This document shows positions 48,515 to 58,381 of a DNA stretch of 64,000 bases, one piece after another. Positions within the stretch are counted from its first letter, which is position 1. Each line of letters begins with the position of its first letter. The translations under genes and the position numbers were made by a program. Source of the DNA: Schizochytrium sp. TIO01 (taxonomy: Eukaryota; Protista; Bigyra: Labyrinthulomycetes); the NCBI GenBank assembly GCA_004764695.1, contig SMSO01000031.1:5246436-5310435 (forward strand). Direction: 5' to 3'. Under the pieces are notes generated by a model. It did no database searches. It was given only the letters and a program-made list of their open reading frames with translations, and was not told where the DNA came from.

Positions 48515-49135
48515 ATGGCTGCGTGTGCCGACAATGCGCTGCTAAGAATTCTCTCCTATGAGTGCTGTGCAGTGGACGTTGCGGTGAACTATCTCATGGT
48601 ACTCTGGGCTACGGGAGTAAGCAGTGCTGCCGTGGAAAACGCCATCGCAACACCAAAGCACTCCGAGACTGCTGCCGAAAGCGACGCAGAACCGCTCATT
48701 CGTGACCAAGCTGCACCGATCGACAATCGCGAAGATGCTTTCTCAGGAGAATCTGCTTCACGAAATACGTTGAGCAATGATACTGTAGAAAATAACGAAA
48801 CCGTGCCCAAAAGACACATGTGCAGAGTCCAAGGCGTCATTTGGGGCATCAACGCGTACCTTTGGGCATTTCAGATTGGGTTGTGCATGGCTGTCGGCTG
48901 CGTGGGGATTTCTGTGGTTTGGAGCGCACAAGCAGGCATCGTGTGGGCGCTAAAGAGGCGACACGATTGCGACAAACGAGGATCTGTTTTCAATCGAGTG
49001 AAAAGGTCCTTTGCTCTTGCATGCTGCGCCGTGTGGGTATATTATGCTATCAAAGAGCCGCCCATCACCTCAGTGGCACATGCGGCGGCATTCCTCATGG
49101 GAGTGGCCATTTCATTCTTGTTGCCAAAGCCCTAA
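48515..49135 (+). CDS. Small polytopic membrane protein, probable divergent rhomboid-family member
   Basis: 206 aa with about five TM segments. LLRILSY resembles the WR loop, VNYLMVLW retains the TM2 Asn, CVGISVV is a GxS motif (Ser133) and TSVAHAAAFLMG carries the TM6 His (His189). The CDS is well supported; the family call is tentative. Confidence 0.6.
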   Translation: MAACADNALLRILSYECCAVDVAVNYLMVLWATGVSSAAVENAIATPKHSETAAESDAEPLIRDQAAPIDNREDAFSGESASRNTLSNDTVENNETVPKRHMCRVQGVIWGINAYLWAFQIGLCMAVGCVGISVVWSAQAGIVWALKRRHDCDKRGSVFNRVKRSFALACCAVWVYYAIKEPPITSVAHAAAFLMGVAISFLLPKP

Positions 49136-49485
49136 AGTCAGAGGGCGCCCAACTTGTAAAAATGTGAAAAGTGCACTGACTGTATAGTAGAATCAAGCGA
49201 GCAGAAGAGACATCTTATCAGGCAAATGTATGCGATGAAATTTATAAACAATCACTTATCATACTCAAATTTGATCAACATAATAGTCTTTCTCCTTGTC
49301 TTTTAATTTCTTTTTCATAAAGTTATTTTGATATTTGTGTCTAGTACTACGATGCCAAGGTTTCGGCGCACTTTGGCACATTTGTGGTAGTATAGGGCCC
49401 CTTGGTAGTTTACAAGCTCTGCTGCTACGACCACTTATAAATGATATGGTTGGTCGTGGGGCCATACGCATACTACAACTAATCA

Positions 49486-52077
49486 TCACTCGTCAACTGT
49501 GTTCAAGTGTTGATGATGATTTTGCGCAGAATGAGCATGAGTTGAGAGTATTTTTTCCATACGACGCATGATGCGCTCCTCCATCTTTCTTAACTTTGTG
49601 TCAATATCTTCTTCGACGTCCTCACCAGAGCCGAAATATCGTCCATGCTTCATTGTAGGGGGCTGACTACCGTGCACATTAACATATGCTTGAGCTGATG
49701 CCGCCAAACAATATCTAGACATTTCCTCGCGCAGATGCGGATATTCCGCAGATACCTCCTCCACTATTTCTTCACTTAATTCAGGGAATTTGATCATTAC
49801 CTCATGGAAATCGTGTTTGCTTAGCTCATTCAATTCCGTCATAGTCGAGCTAATAGCATCACAAGCGCGAGGCATTGCAGTAAGGAGCGCAAGCTCTCCA
49901 AAATATGAACCTCTTCCCATGACTTTGATGATGTTGTCATCCTGAATGGTAATACCTAAATCATGATGTAAATCCGTATCTTGTGCTCGCAAAGGATTCT
50001 CCATCGAATTATCCATTTTATCAGGCTGTGATTTTAGTTTCGTTGCTATCGACGTCGTAGAACCATTAGTTTTCTTGGACGACTTGCTTTCTTTATCATC
50101 CAACTCATCGTTTCCTTTACTCGCCAACAAGGAACTGTCCTTTTCCTCTTTAACTGGTGCTGCTGGTGAGTCTTCCTCTTCGACCAGGGATGTAGAATCC
50201 TCTTGGATGCGGGACATTGGTGTGGTGTCGTGAAGCATACTTCGCCGAGCTTCGTGCACTGGGATGATCAACTTGACACTCCCTTCACGAACTAAATATA
50301 ACTCTGTAGCGACTTCACCACTCGAGAAAATTAAATCACCAGGCATATAAACATGAAAGCGAAGCCGCATTGCAATGTCAAAGATGCATCCTTCTGAGCA
50401 CCCATCAAAGATAGTGACCTGTCTTAATAGACGTCCATGCATTGCCAAAGCAATCTGCTTTTTCAGAGGTAAAGAGAGATCATCATCTTTGAGGATGCCA
50501 GATGTACTGGAACCTTGGCCATGACGATTGTTCATCCACAAATAGTCATAAAAACGTGCTACGCGATATTGTACATCCTCAGGTAGATTATGAGACTCCA
50601 TTTCACGTTTGACGCGGTCAACCTTTTGGTAGAACTCGAGAAATGCTTGCGAACGCTGATGCGCAAACATCACAGCCTCTGCAATCATTTGAATAATGAG
50701 AGTAAAACCAAGGATCATGATTAATCCACAAACAATATAAAGAACTACATAACGATGAAAGAGATCACTATCACTGACCCACCTCCAGGGAGGGTAGTTC
50801 ACCACGTTTAGCGTAGTGTTTGATGCCGTGGTTTCTGCTGTGGTTTCGTCAACCGTTGTTGAAGATAAAATGCGACGCGAAGTGAGGTCAGTCTCATCAA
50901 TCGTCATATTAGCTCCACTGTCAAGAATCTGCATGATTTGGGTGAGTTGAGTGCCATCGAGGACGTTAAGAAGCATGAGTAATGCTGCATATACTCCGGA
51001 AGCATAGTAAGCTGTCATTTGTTCTGAGGTACAGTAGACAATGCTATAGCCATGGTCATCTACAAGCTCAGGGTCTGTGCATTGAGCCACTGTAGCCACA
51101 AACATGCACCCCAGCACGTGGATACAGAATACGCTCATGATTGAGAGCACAAAGATTTGGTAGTACTTAATGTTGGATTTTAAGTATCGCAGAAATCTGC
51201 TCAAACGAAGCAGCTTAGGAAATTTCAGCCATTTAAGCATTTTCAAGGACTTTCGAGCAGACTTGGCCATCAATCCTTTTAGAATTGCCTCCCATGGTAT
51301 TGTAGCTATTAGATCAATCCAGAACCAGCTGTGCATGTAATGTTCGCGAATTAGAGTAGGGTCAGTGATATGGTGACCATTGTGCAGAAACCCTGTTCGG
51401 AAGTTAAGAACAATGTCTGTAATAAAGTAAATATCCATAAGGGTATCAAGTGCTTTGGGGAAGCTCCATGCACCATCAAACGCTACCCCAATCGGCACCT
51501 TAAATGAGAGATACATGACAAAAAATACCGCGCATATATCCCAAATTTGGCGGAATCGGCTGTCCCAAGGAATAATAAACTTATTTCTCTCTGCACTATC
51601 ATCATGAACAATTTTAATCCGCGGAACTGCCCGCGCAATTTCTGTCTTTCGTTTACGAATTCTACGCATGCGTGTCTTGATTGAGATCGCTGTAGAAATA
51701 GACATCCCCTTATTTAGAGATGGTTGCTGGAGTACTGAACGTGATGTAGACAAATTTCCAGCAACGCTTCGGGCAGTAGCGAGTGAGCCTAACGAAGGAG
51801 CCGCGGCAGAATAGGCTTTGCGTTTATGCGAGATGAGGTCTCCAAACTCATCGACACCAGAAAGTGAGCTGCTACCACTTCGAATAGATGCGACATCTGA
51901 CGCAAGGCCGCGACTCGTGGAGAGGTGAAGACGTCTCGTTGACTGCAAGTTGCCAAACAGCTCCGAGCCAACCTTGGAGCGGAAGTCAAGTCGAGGTAAT
52001 TGTAGGGGGGGAGGTCGGTGCACATCTTCAGCGTGCAATCGGCCTGGGGCAGGCGTGATCCGAGCGCTGCCTGGCAT
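49486..52077 (-). CDS. Cyclic-nucleotide-binding-domain ion channel (KCNH/HCN/CNG superfamily) with atypical pore region
   Basis: S1-S3 motifs (FIIPWDSRFRQIWD, DIYFITDIVLNFRTGF, HYMHSWFWIDLIATIPWE), a K/R-periodic S4, S5 HVLGC, C-linker (MESHNLPEDVQYRVARFYDYLW) and CNBD (YMPGDLIF..GE....LY.VREG, GSYFGELALL...PRA). 863 aa. Confidence 0.93.
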   Translation of the reverse strand: MPGSARITPAPGRLHAEDVHRPPPLQLPRLDFRSKVGSELFGNLQSTRRLHLSTSRGLASDVASIRSGSSSLSGVDEFGDLISHKRKAYSAAAPSLGSLATARSVAGNLSTSRSVLQQPSLNKGMSISTAISIKTRMRRIRKRKTEIARAVPRIKIVHDDSAERNKFIIPWDSRFRQIWDICAVFFVMYLSFKVPIGVAFDGAWSFPKALDTLMDIYFITDIVLNFRTGFLHNGHHITDPTLIREHYMHSWFWIDLIATIPWEAILKGLMAKSARKSLKMLKWLKFPKLLRLSRFLRYLKSNIKYYQIFVLSIMSVFCIHVLGCMFVATVAQCTDPELVDDHGYSIVYCTSEQMTAYYASGVYAALLMLLNVLDGTQLTQIMQILDSGANMTIDETDLTSRRILSSTTVDETTAETTASNTTLNVVNYPPWRWVSDSDLFHRYVVLYIVCGLIMILGFTLIIQMIAEAVMFAHQRSQAFLEFYQKVDRVKREMESHNLPEDVQYRVARFYDYLWMNNRHGQGSSTSGILKDDDLSLPLKKQIALAMHGRLLRQVTIFDGCSEGCIFDIAMRLRFHVYMPGDLIFSSGEVATELYLVREGSVKLIIPVHEARRSMLHDTTPMSRIQEDSTSLVEEEDSPAAPVKEEKDSSLLASKGNDELDDKESKSSKKTNGSTTSIATKLKSQPDKMDNSMENPLRAQDTDLHHDLGITIQDDNIIKVMGRGSYFGELALLTAMPRACDAISSTMTELNELSKHDFHEVMIKFPELSEEIVEEVSAEYPHLREEMSRYCLAASAQAYVNVHGSQPPTMKHGRYFGSGEDVEEDIDTKLRKMEERIMRRMEKILSTHAHSAQNHHQHLNTVDE

Positions 52078-53294
52078 ATTCGAGCGAGCACTACAATGTT
52101 GTCACTGTCTAGGGTTGTTGTGCCGGCGGAGGTCTCTGTGCCGCCGTCACTTTTGTGTTTACTTTAAAAAGGATGAACTTAACTCGCAAAATACGAGTTA
52201 CAGTGTCTCAACAATAATATTAGTTACACGAGATTAAATCGTAAACCTCCCCATTTTGTTTCTTCTTAACCACATCGAAAAACAAAAACAAAAAGCGCCT
52301 ATGAACAAAATGCCTACAACAGTACAAAGAGTGAGGCAATTGGGCTTTAACGTTTTCTTTTACCCGAGATTGCGATTTCTTGTGCCTCCAGTAGCAGAGA
52401 GGGGGCTAATGTCAAAACGAAACGGATAGAATTGTCACCCTATATAGCATTTATTATTATGAATGTTACTAGAAGGTAGGAAAAAAGCTATCAAGAAGGG
52501 GTCCAAAAGAGAAGAAAAAGAGGGACAGCAGTGATTCTTCTCTCGTCTGTTTCTTGTTTTTTGTTTTGTTTGCTTTTTCCACAGCCATTAGGCAAATATA
52601 TTTTGCGAGAAACCTGGTGCCAATTACCACGACAGTACCCATTGTAGCTATATTAGCTAGCCTGTGTGCAGGGTTTACCAAGGTCTCGACATCATATGAA
52701 TAGGAGAAAAATTTCTAATAAATCAGATAAATTTGTTTTTAAAAAGTTTCCAATAATAGAATATCATCGGTCTGAGATATCATACTGACTAAGAAGGAAA
52801 TGCATTGTGGATTTGGATCCATATCGCACCTATTTGAGAGGTATATTAGTGAGGACTTCCGACGGTACAATTGATCGTTTGAAGCGCAAATTGTGTGCTG
52901 TACAGTACGGACTAGTTGCAAGCAATAGCTGTCTGGCCGATTGGAAATAATTATTTATGAAGAAATAAACTCGCGTCTCTAGAAAGAGCTAATCATCGAT
53001 TAGGGACTACAGAATCAATAGTACAAGTAAGAGGTAATAGCGGAGAAGTGGGTTGTTTACTATATTAGAACGATGGTCAAGCTAGCAAGAGGGCTGACAC
53101 GTAAATCAAAAGGTGCAGTGCACTCATAATCTGGGAGCTCTAGAAAAATCATCGAATCGGGGGGTACACATGAAAGCAGCCTTGCGCGCTAAACGGGTAT
53201 TCAAGGAGGTACAAGTATCATGCATGGTTTTTAATGTGCCAATATCATGATGCAATTTGCCTCAAATAAAAAAGCACCAGCAGCAATCAACAGT

Positions 53295-55208
53295 CTACAG
53301 AAATCCAGGGCGCTTTTCCGACCGCTTCTTCTTCTTACCACGGCGCTCACGGCCCTTGGCGGAGTTCGGGTTTTGACGACCGTAACCAATGCGAATACCG
53401 TCAGATTGTCCACTCAATTTCAGACCAAGAGATTCGGTAACATGTTCACCAAACATAGAAGTATCACTTGACTTTTTGTTGGCATGTTGGCTCCAGAAGC
53501 CAGCCAAGAGCTGATCCTCGGAGAGCAGAAGATCTCCAGTGCGACCACCTTTAGGTTTGGGCATAGAGTAGCGCATGCCACGCGTGTTGATTTGACGGTT
53601 CTTCTTGTAGTGGTAAGAAAGAACACCATCGGGCGAGATGGAGTAGTTAAGACGTCCAAGGGTGGGGTTACCGCACGAAGGGCAAAACTTCTTGTCAAGC
53701 TTCTTGGTCATGGTACCGCAAGCGTCACACTTAAGTACGAATCGTCGAATGGTGGTCACCGCACGACCTTCGATAGTCATCAGACGGAGCTTCATCTGCA
53801 GCATGACGTTCTGCATGGCATAATCCGTTGTGATACAAGCGACCTGGTGAGAAATTGTGGGGCGAGTAACCTCCTTTCTGTTACCCTGGATCGAGAGGGT
53901 CTTCATGGCATCTGCGGGGTCAAGCGAATGAAGGTTGCCAGGGGTGACCCAACCCTCACCCTCGAGCTCGCCGGTGTCCACCATAACACCAGAGATACCG
54001 AGAATACGCGAGCTACCGGCGAGATGTGCAGGGATCTTACTCTTGGGAGCAGCCTCGAGTTCATCGTCTTCTTCTTCTTCAGCAGCCTCCTTCTCAGCTT
54101 GGAGTTTCTTCTCAAGCTTCTTCTGGCGTCTCTCGAGCTTGCGTTTTTCCTTAGCCTCAACCTCGCGAAGCTCCATCTCAGTAGCTTCCCGCGTCTGCAT
54201 GACACGTTCAGCCTCAGCAGCATCTCGAGAAGCATCAAGAGAGGGCCACATTTCTTCAGCTTTGTTATCTTCGTTGCTCTGTTCCGTCTCAACATTGTTA
54301 ACAATGGTAGGGTTTTCAAGTTCATCGCCAGGACCATCATCAAAAGTGGCAAAATCATCATCTCCCCACATAGAAGACGGGTCGAGCTTACCAGAATCCT
54401 TAGGAACAGCAGAGGTTCCTTCGTCTTGGTTTTGTGAAGAAGCTAATGTTTCTTCTGCATCTTCAGAGTCTTTCTTTGCCTTGCCGAGAGCAGCAGCCCA
54501 AGACACGCCAGTCTTGGCAACATTGTTGGACTTAAGCGGGATGACCTTGTTGTTACGGGGCTTGAGCGAAGCAATCTCACCGCTGGCATCCTTTGGTGCA
54601 GGCTCGTGGTCAACCTCGGATCCATCTTCTTGTCCACCTTCGCTTACCGTGGCAGCAGTATTTGCAGAGCTTCCAGGGCGAAGAGGTGTCAGCCGCAAGC
54701 CCGAAACTCCGTGGGTTTCCTTGTGGAGCATGTAAGTGAGCGCGATGATGCGAATATCAGGCTTTGAGAGCACCGAAAGGTCACCAGTTTTTTTGGCAAA
54801 GTCCACAACAGCTGCGAGGGCCTCATCAGAAGGCTCGCGAACCTTGAGGTCAAATGGAAGCGTCTCGAGAGCCCTGCGAGCTTGTTTGTCACGGATTTCC
54901 GCCAAAACCTCACGGACCGTCCAGAACTCTTCGGCCTTGCCATACAAGTTCTCAAGGGAAATAATAGCACCTGAATCGATCACAAGGTGCTTCACTGGGG
55001 CTTCCTTTGCGCCATCCTGAGCGTGATCTTGGACCTCAGGTTCTTGCTTTTGTTGGTCAGCAGTCTCCGTCTGCACCTGAACAGCGATGGGAGCAGCACC
55101 ATCCTGGGCAGCAGAGGTGACCGCTGCGGTGGAGGGGGCTGCAGAAGGCGCCGCAGGGGGCGCAGATTCGTCGGACCACACGCCACGAAGCATCGGCCCG
55201 CCAGGCAT
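53295..55208 (-). CDS. NOB1: 20S/18S-E pre-rRNA D-site endonuclease NOB1
   Basis: N-terminal PIN part (HLVIDSGAII..VLAEIRD..FAKKTGDLSVLSKPDIRIIALTY), acidic insertion, GWVTPGN, VACITTDYAMQNVMLQM, zinc ribbon CDAC...FCPSCGN, then RGMRYSMPKPKGG and LLLSEDQ. First ATG at 55208. Confidence 0.97.
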   Translation of the reverse strand: MPGGPMLRGVWSDESAPPAAPSAAPSTAAVTSAAQDGAAPIAVQVQTETADQQKQEPEVQDHAQDGAKEAPVKHLVIDSGAIISLENLYGKAEEFWTVREVLAEIRDKQARRALETLPFDLKVREPSDEALAAVVDFAKKTGDLSVLSKPDIRIIALTYMLHKETHGVSGLRLTPLRPGSSANTAATVSEGGQEDGSEVDHEPAPKDASGEIASLKPRNNKVIPLKSNNVAKTGVSWAAALGKAKKDSEDAEETLASSQNQDEGTSAVPKDSGKLDPSSMWGDDDFATFDDGPGDELENPTIVNNVETEQSNEDNKAEEMWPSLDASRDAAEAERVMQTREATEMELREVEAKEKRKLERRQKKLEKKLQAEKEAAEEEEDDELEAAPKSKIPAHLAGSSRILGISGVMVDTGELEGEGWVTPGNLHSLDPADAMKTLSIQGNRKEVTRPTISHQVACITTDYAMQNVMLQMKLRLMTIEGRAVTTIRRFVLKCDACGTMTKKLDKKFCPSCGNPTLGRLNYSISPDGVLSYHYKKNRQINTRGMRYSMPKPKGGRTGDLLLSEDQLLAGFWSQHANKKSSDTSMFGEHVTESLGLKLSGQSDGIRIGYGRQNPNSAKGRERRGKKKKRSEKRPGFL

Positions 55209-56552
55209 CGTCAAGCCTTCGCGAGTGCAAGTTGAGCAGCGGAATTGCAGAAAGTCCTGCGGCGCCACCAATAATTTCTTTCTTTTTCTCTTTAAGGCGC
55301 CAGAAATGCGTTGCGCAGTCTGGTCGTGTTGAAAGTGCGTTGTGCAGAACCTAGTTAGAACCTTTGAGGAACTTGTATGGCTGGCTGACCACCGTGTAGC
55401 TTAGAATAACTTGAGGGGGGGAAGTTCCTTCGTTTCTAGTAAGCAGAAACAGCTTCTCAAGCGAACCAAAATTTTCCAGATGGATGTGTCACTTATGTTC
55501 AAGTTCTTACGATTGGTTTACTCCTTTTCACTGCGTATTTTTTTCTTTGTCTTTAATTGAGCTATTCTCTATAAAAAGTTGCGAGGGTCTTACACACCAA
55601 GCTGAAGAAAGGGCAACGTTTTCTTGATAACAAGGTAGGATTATTAAATTGTGAAATTTCTCCGTTCTAAAGATGCCGTTACCACCGGCGATTGTGTCTT
55701 GAGGAAACGAGAATTGACGTAGCCCCATCATTTTATCTTTTCTTTCATCTTTCTTTATCCACAATATAAATTGAATTTACATTCAATAAGTGTCATTCGC
55801 TGTCAGTCCTATGCCGCTTCATAGTTCGGGGGGTAAACTTTTGCGACAAACATGTGCTACATACCTAGACATTCCCTTTTCAATACAAGCAACGTTGTAC
55901 CGACGGCGAATGACACATCGCAAATGGCAACTCCTGCCCAGTTTCAATACATCCTGCGCGAATGGATGGCAGACCTTCTGCTTATAGCTGATATAGTAAT
56001 CACAGCTAAAACCAAACCTAGCCTCACATAGCCCATGCCATTTTCTCTTGCATAGAATCCTCAGAGCATTATTGCCTTCAACAAAACTAGCCATAAGCTA
56101 CCGCAGCCTGTATGTATCACGCATGTGGTATATCCTGCGATGTCTCAATCAGCTAGAGGCTCAGTTTCTTTCCCAATACATATTACAATGTCGGCACGAT
56201 CGAATGGTAACTTAGGTACTCATGATATAGAGAGAGCAGCAGCGTCTTCTAAAAGAGTTGCTCTAAAAAGAGTTGCGCAAGCATCTTCTATGGTTTACTA
56301 TAGAAGACCCTAGCTCACAGGCGCTCCATCGGTGCGCGGTATAATTACACTTGGAGAGCCAAGTAATAGAGCAAAAGCAAAGTAGAGCAGAGTAAGGCAA
56401 ATCATTTTGATCGCAACGCGCCGCGCGTCGGGTGTCCCGCGTATCCGGCGGGACGGAGGTCGTGAGGCCTTCGTTGTCGGTTGTGTAAATTTCTAAGCGT
56501 TTGCCTTAGACTTACGAGTTGGGCCTGGCAAACAGTGGCACCCAGAACCACC
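55209..56552. promoter_or_regulatory. Divergent (head-to-head) intergenic region between NOB1 and the NSUN-family gene; candidate bidirectional promoter
   Basis: Gene orientation. About 1.34 kb, with a GC-rich CpG cluster at 56410-56480. No TSS evidence. Confidence 0.45.
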
Positions 56553-57998
56553 ATGCGGCATCTGCCACGGTCCTTTGCTGCCTTCCTTCGTGCGAATGGC
56601 ATATCCTCAGCGTGGTACGAGGCTCAACTCGAGGCATCTCAGAGCGTCCCGCGGCATGTATGGCTTGGTCGTATGTCTGCTGCGCGGTGGTCTCATCAGA
56701 CGCGCATGGACTTAAGTCGGGAGCGACTTTGCGAAGCGCTTCGCGATAAGTGTGTCGATTTTCTTGAGGCCCAAGGAGGTGAACCCTTAGCTTGGGCTGG
56801 TCGTTGGGATCTCGGCGAACAAGTATGGGCTCTCCCTGTGGATACCCGAATTTCAAAGAACGAGCTGTATAATGCTGGTGTCTTTATGGGCGTAGATGCC
56901 GCCTCGGTGCTCGCAGTAGATGCCCTTGACCTAAGACCTGGGCATGCTGCTCTCGACCTGTGCTGTGCCCCAGGTGCGAAATTGAGCATTATGGCGGATC
57001 GCCTAGCCCACGAGGGAGCTTTAGTTGGAGTTGACGCATGCGGAGAAAGGAGCACGGCATGTGCAGGGTTGGCTAGACGGAGGAGACTTGGAGCAGCGGG
57101 GCAACAGATTCACAGATCACCGCCATGGCTTTCGAAAGTCAGGAATAACAAGGCTGATAATAACAATCCAATTGCAATTGCAGCGCAAGCAGTTCGTAGA
57201 CAGAACCAACTGCAGAACTCAACTCAAAGCCAGAATCAGGCTCAAGGAATCCATGTCCAGGCAGTTGAGGAGGAAAAGGTTCAGGAGACTCCAACTTGGC
57301 TCTTTCAACTGCGGTGCCAGGACGGTACCAAAAAGGTTGGCTCAGAGGGGTATATTGTATGGGACAGCGCGGCAGATGAAGTCATGTACGATCTTCGAGC
57401 ATCAAGGCAGCGTGGTATGGAAATCGAGCTCGACGATGTAATGTCCGTGTTTGTGCAAAAGCCACGACCGAGGCTCCATGCTCGCCTGCGTTCACGAGTG
57501 GAGGCGCTGCGAGCAGACGTTGTTTTACCAACCCAGTTCGATCGTGTTCTGGTTGATGCGCAGTGCAGTCACGAAGGATCTGTACGCCATGTGCTGAAGC
57601 ACCTTATCGCCGAGGAAAGGGGCAATGACAACCATCCAAGCTCATGGTCACCCCAGGTACTGGATCATTTGTATGGAGAGTGGCTGGAAAAGGCAGATGT
57701 ACTCGAAGATCTTCAACGCAAACTTATTCTTAATGGTTTTGATTCCTTGCGCCCAGGAGGGCGGATGGTTTACAGTACATGTAGCTTTGCAGAGGCTCAG
57801 AATGAGGCAATTGTAGAGTACCTTTTGCGCAAGCGTCCAGATGCGGAGTGTGTCCCAGTTGGCTTTGACGTCCCGGGGCGTCAGTCTAAACGGCTTCCTT
57901 CGGCATGGATTATGGATCCTCTTACTTCACAAACGAGTGGCTTGTTTCTTGTAGCTATCGTGAAGAAAGAGAAAGATTCCCTTGACGCTCATTTGTGA
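56553..57998 (+). CDS. NOL1/NOP2/Sun (RsmB/NSUN) family RNA cytosine-C5 methyltransferase
   Basis: DAASVLAV, motif I LDLCCAPGAK, motif IV FDRVLVDAQCSHEG, LQRKLI, motif VI LRPGGRMVYSTCS...QNEAIV and TSGLFLVAIVK. First ATG at 56553. Confidence 0.93.
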   Translation: MRHLPRSFAAFLRANGISSAWYEAQLEASQSVPRHVWLGRMSAARWSHQTRMDLSRERLCEALRDKCVDFLEAQGGEPLAWAGRWDLGEQVWALPVDTRISKNELYNAGVFMGVDAASVLAVDALDLRPGHAALDLCCAPGAKLSIMADRLAHEGALVGVDACGERSTACAGLARRRRLGAAGQQIHRSPPWLSKVRNNKADNNNPIAIAAQAVRRQNQLQNSTQSQNQAQGIHVQAVEEEKVQETPTWLFQLRCQDGTKKVGSEGYIVWDSAADEVMYDLRASRQRGMEIELDDVMSVFVQKPRPRLHARLRSRVEALRADVVLPTQFDRVLVDAQCSHEGSVRHVLKHLIAEERGNDNHPSSWSPQVLDHLYGEWLEKADVLEDLQRKLILNGFDSLRPGGRMVYSTCSFAEAQNEAIVEYLLRKRPDAECVPVGFDVPGRQSKRLPSAWIMDPLTSQTSGLFLVAIVKKEKDSLDAHL

Positions 57999-58319
57999 TT
58001 ATCTCAGTTTTCGTATTGGGATAGAGGCTGGCTTCTAGTGGAACGAAGGACCAGGCTTCCTCATGGATGCTAATGTTATTGCGAACTTCGTCAGAAGTGA
58101 AGAAGTTACAAGATCCGCCTCTTTGCCTGGATCTGTCCATCTAAGAGCAATGTTATTCAAACTTAATTACACAGGGATAATTTCTGGCCTCTTCTCTTTT
58201 TATCATTTTTGAGGAAAAGGGATCAATTAAATTCAAGCTCTTCAAAACTTTGGGTCCTGCTCTTTAGTCTAAGTATGACGGAAAAAGCATTTGAATACTC
58301 ATATGTCAGAACAAAAGTG

Positions 58320-58381
58320 AACAACAAAAACAAACAACAACAACAACAACAACAATAACAACAACAACAACACAACAACAA
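58320..58381 (+). repeat. Imperfect (CAA)n microsatellite
   Basis: Directly visible. Confidence 0.88.

Noticed and set aside
53484-54735. Long plus-strand ORFs (317 aa and 266 aa) opposite NOB1
   Set aside because: Antisense shadows produced by the codon bias of NOB1; no independent protein features.
56434-56454. 7-bp GC hairpin gtcccgc-N7-gcgggac upstream of the methyltransferase
   Set aside because: Short inverted repeats of this size arise by chance in GC-rich DNA.
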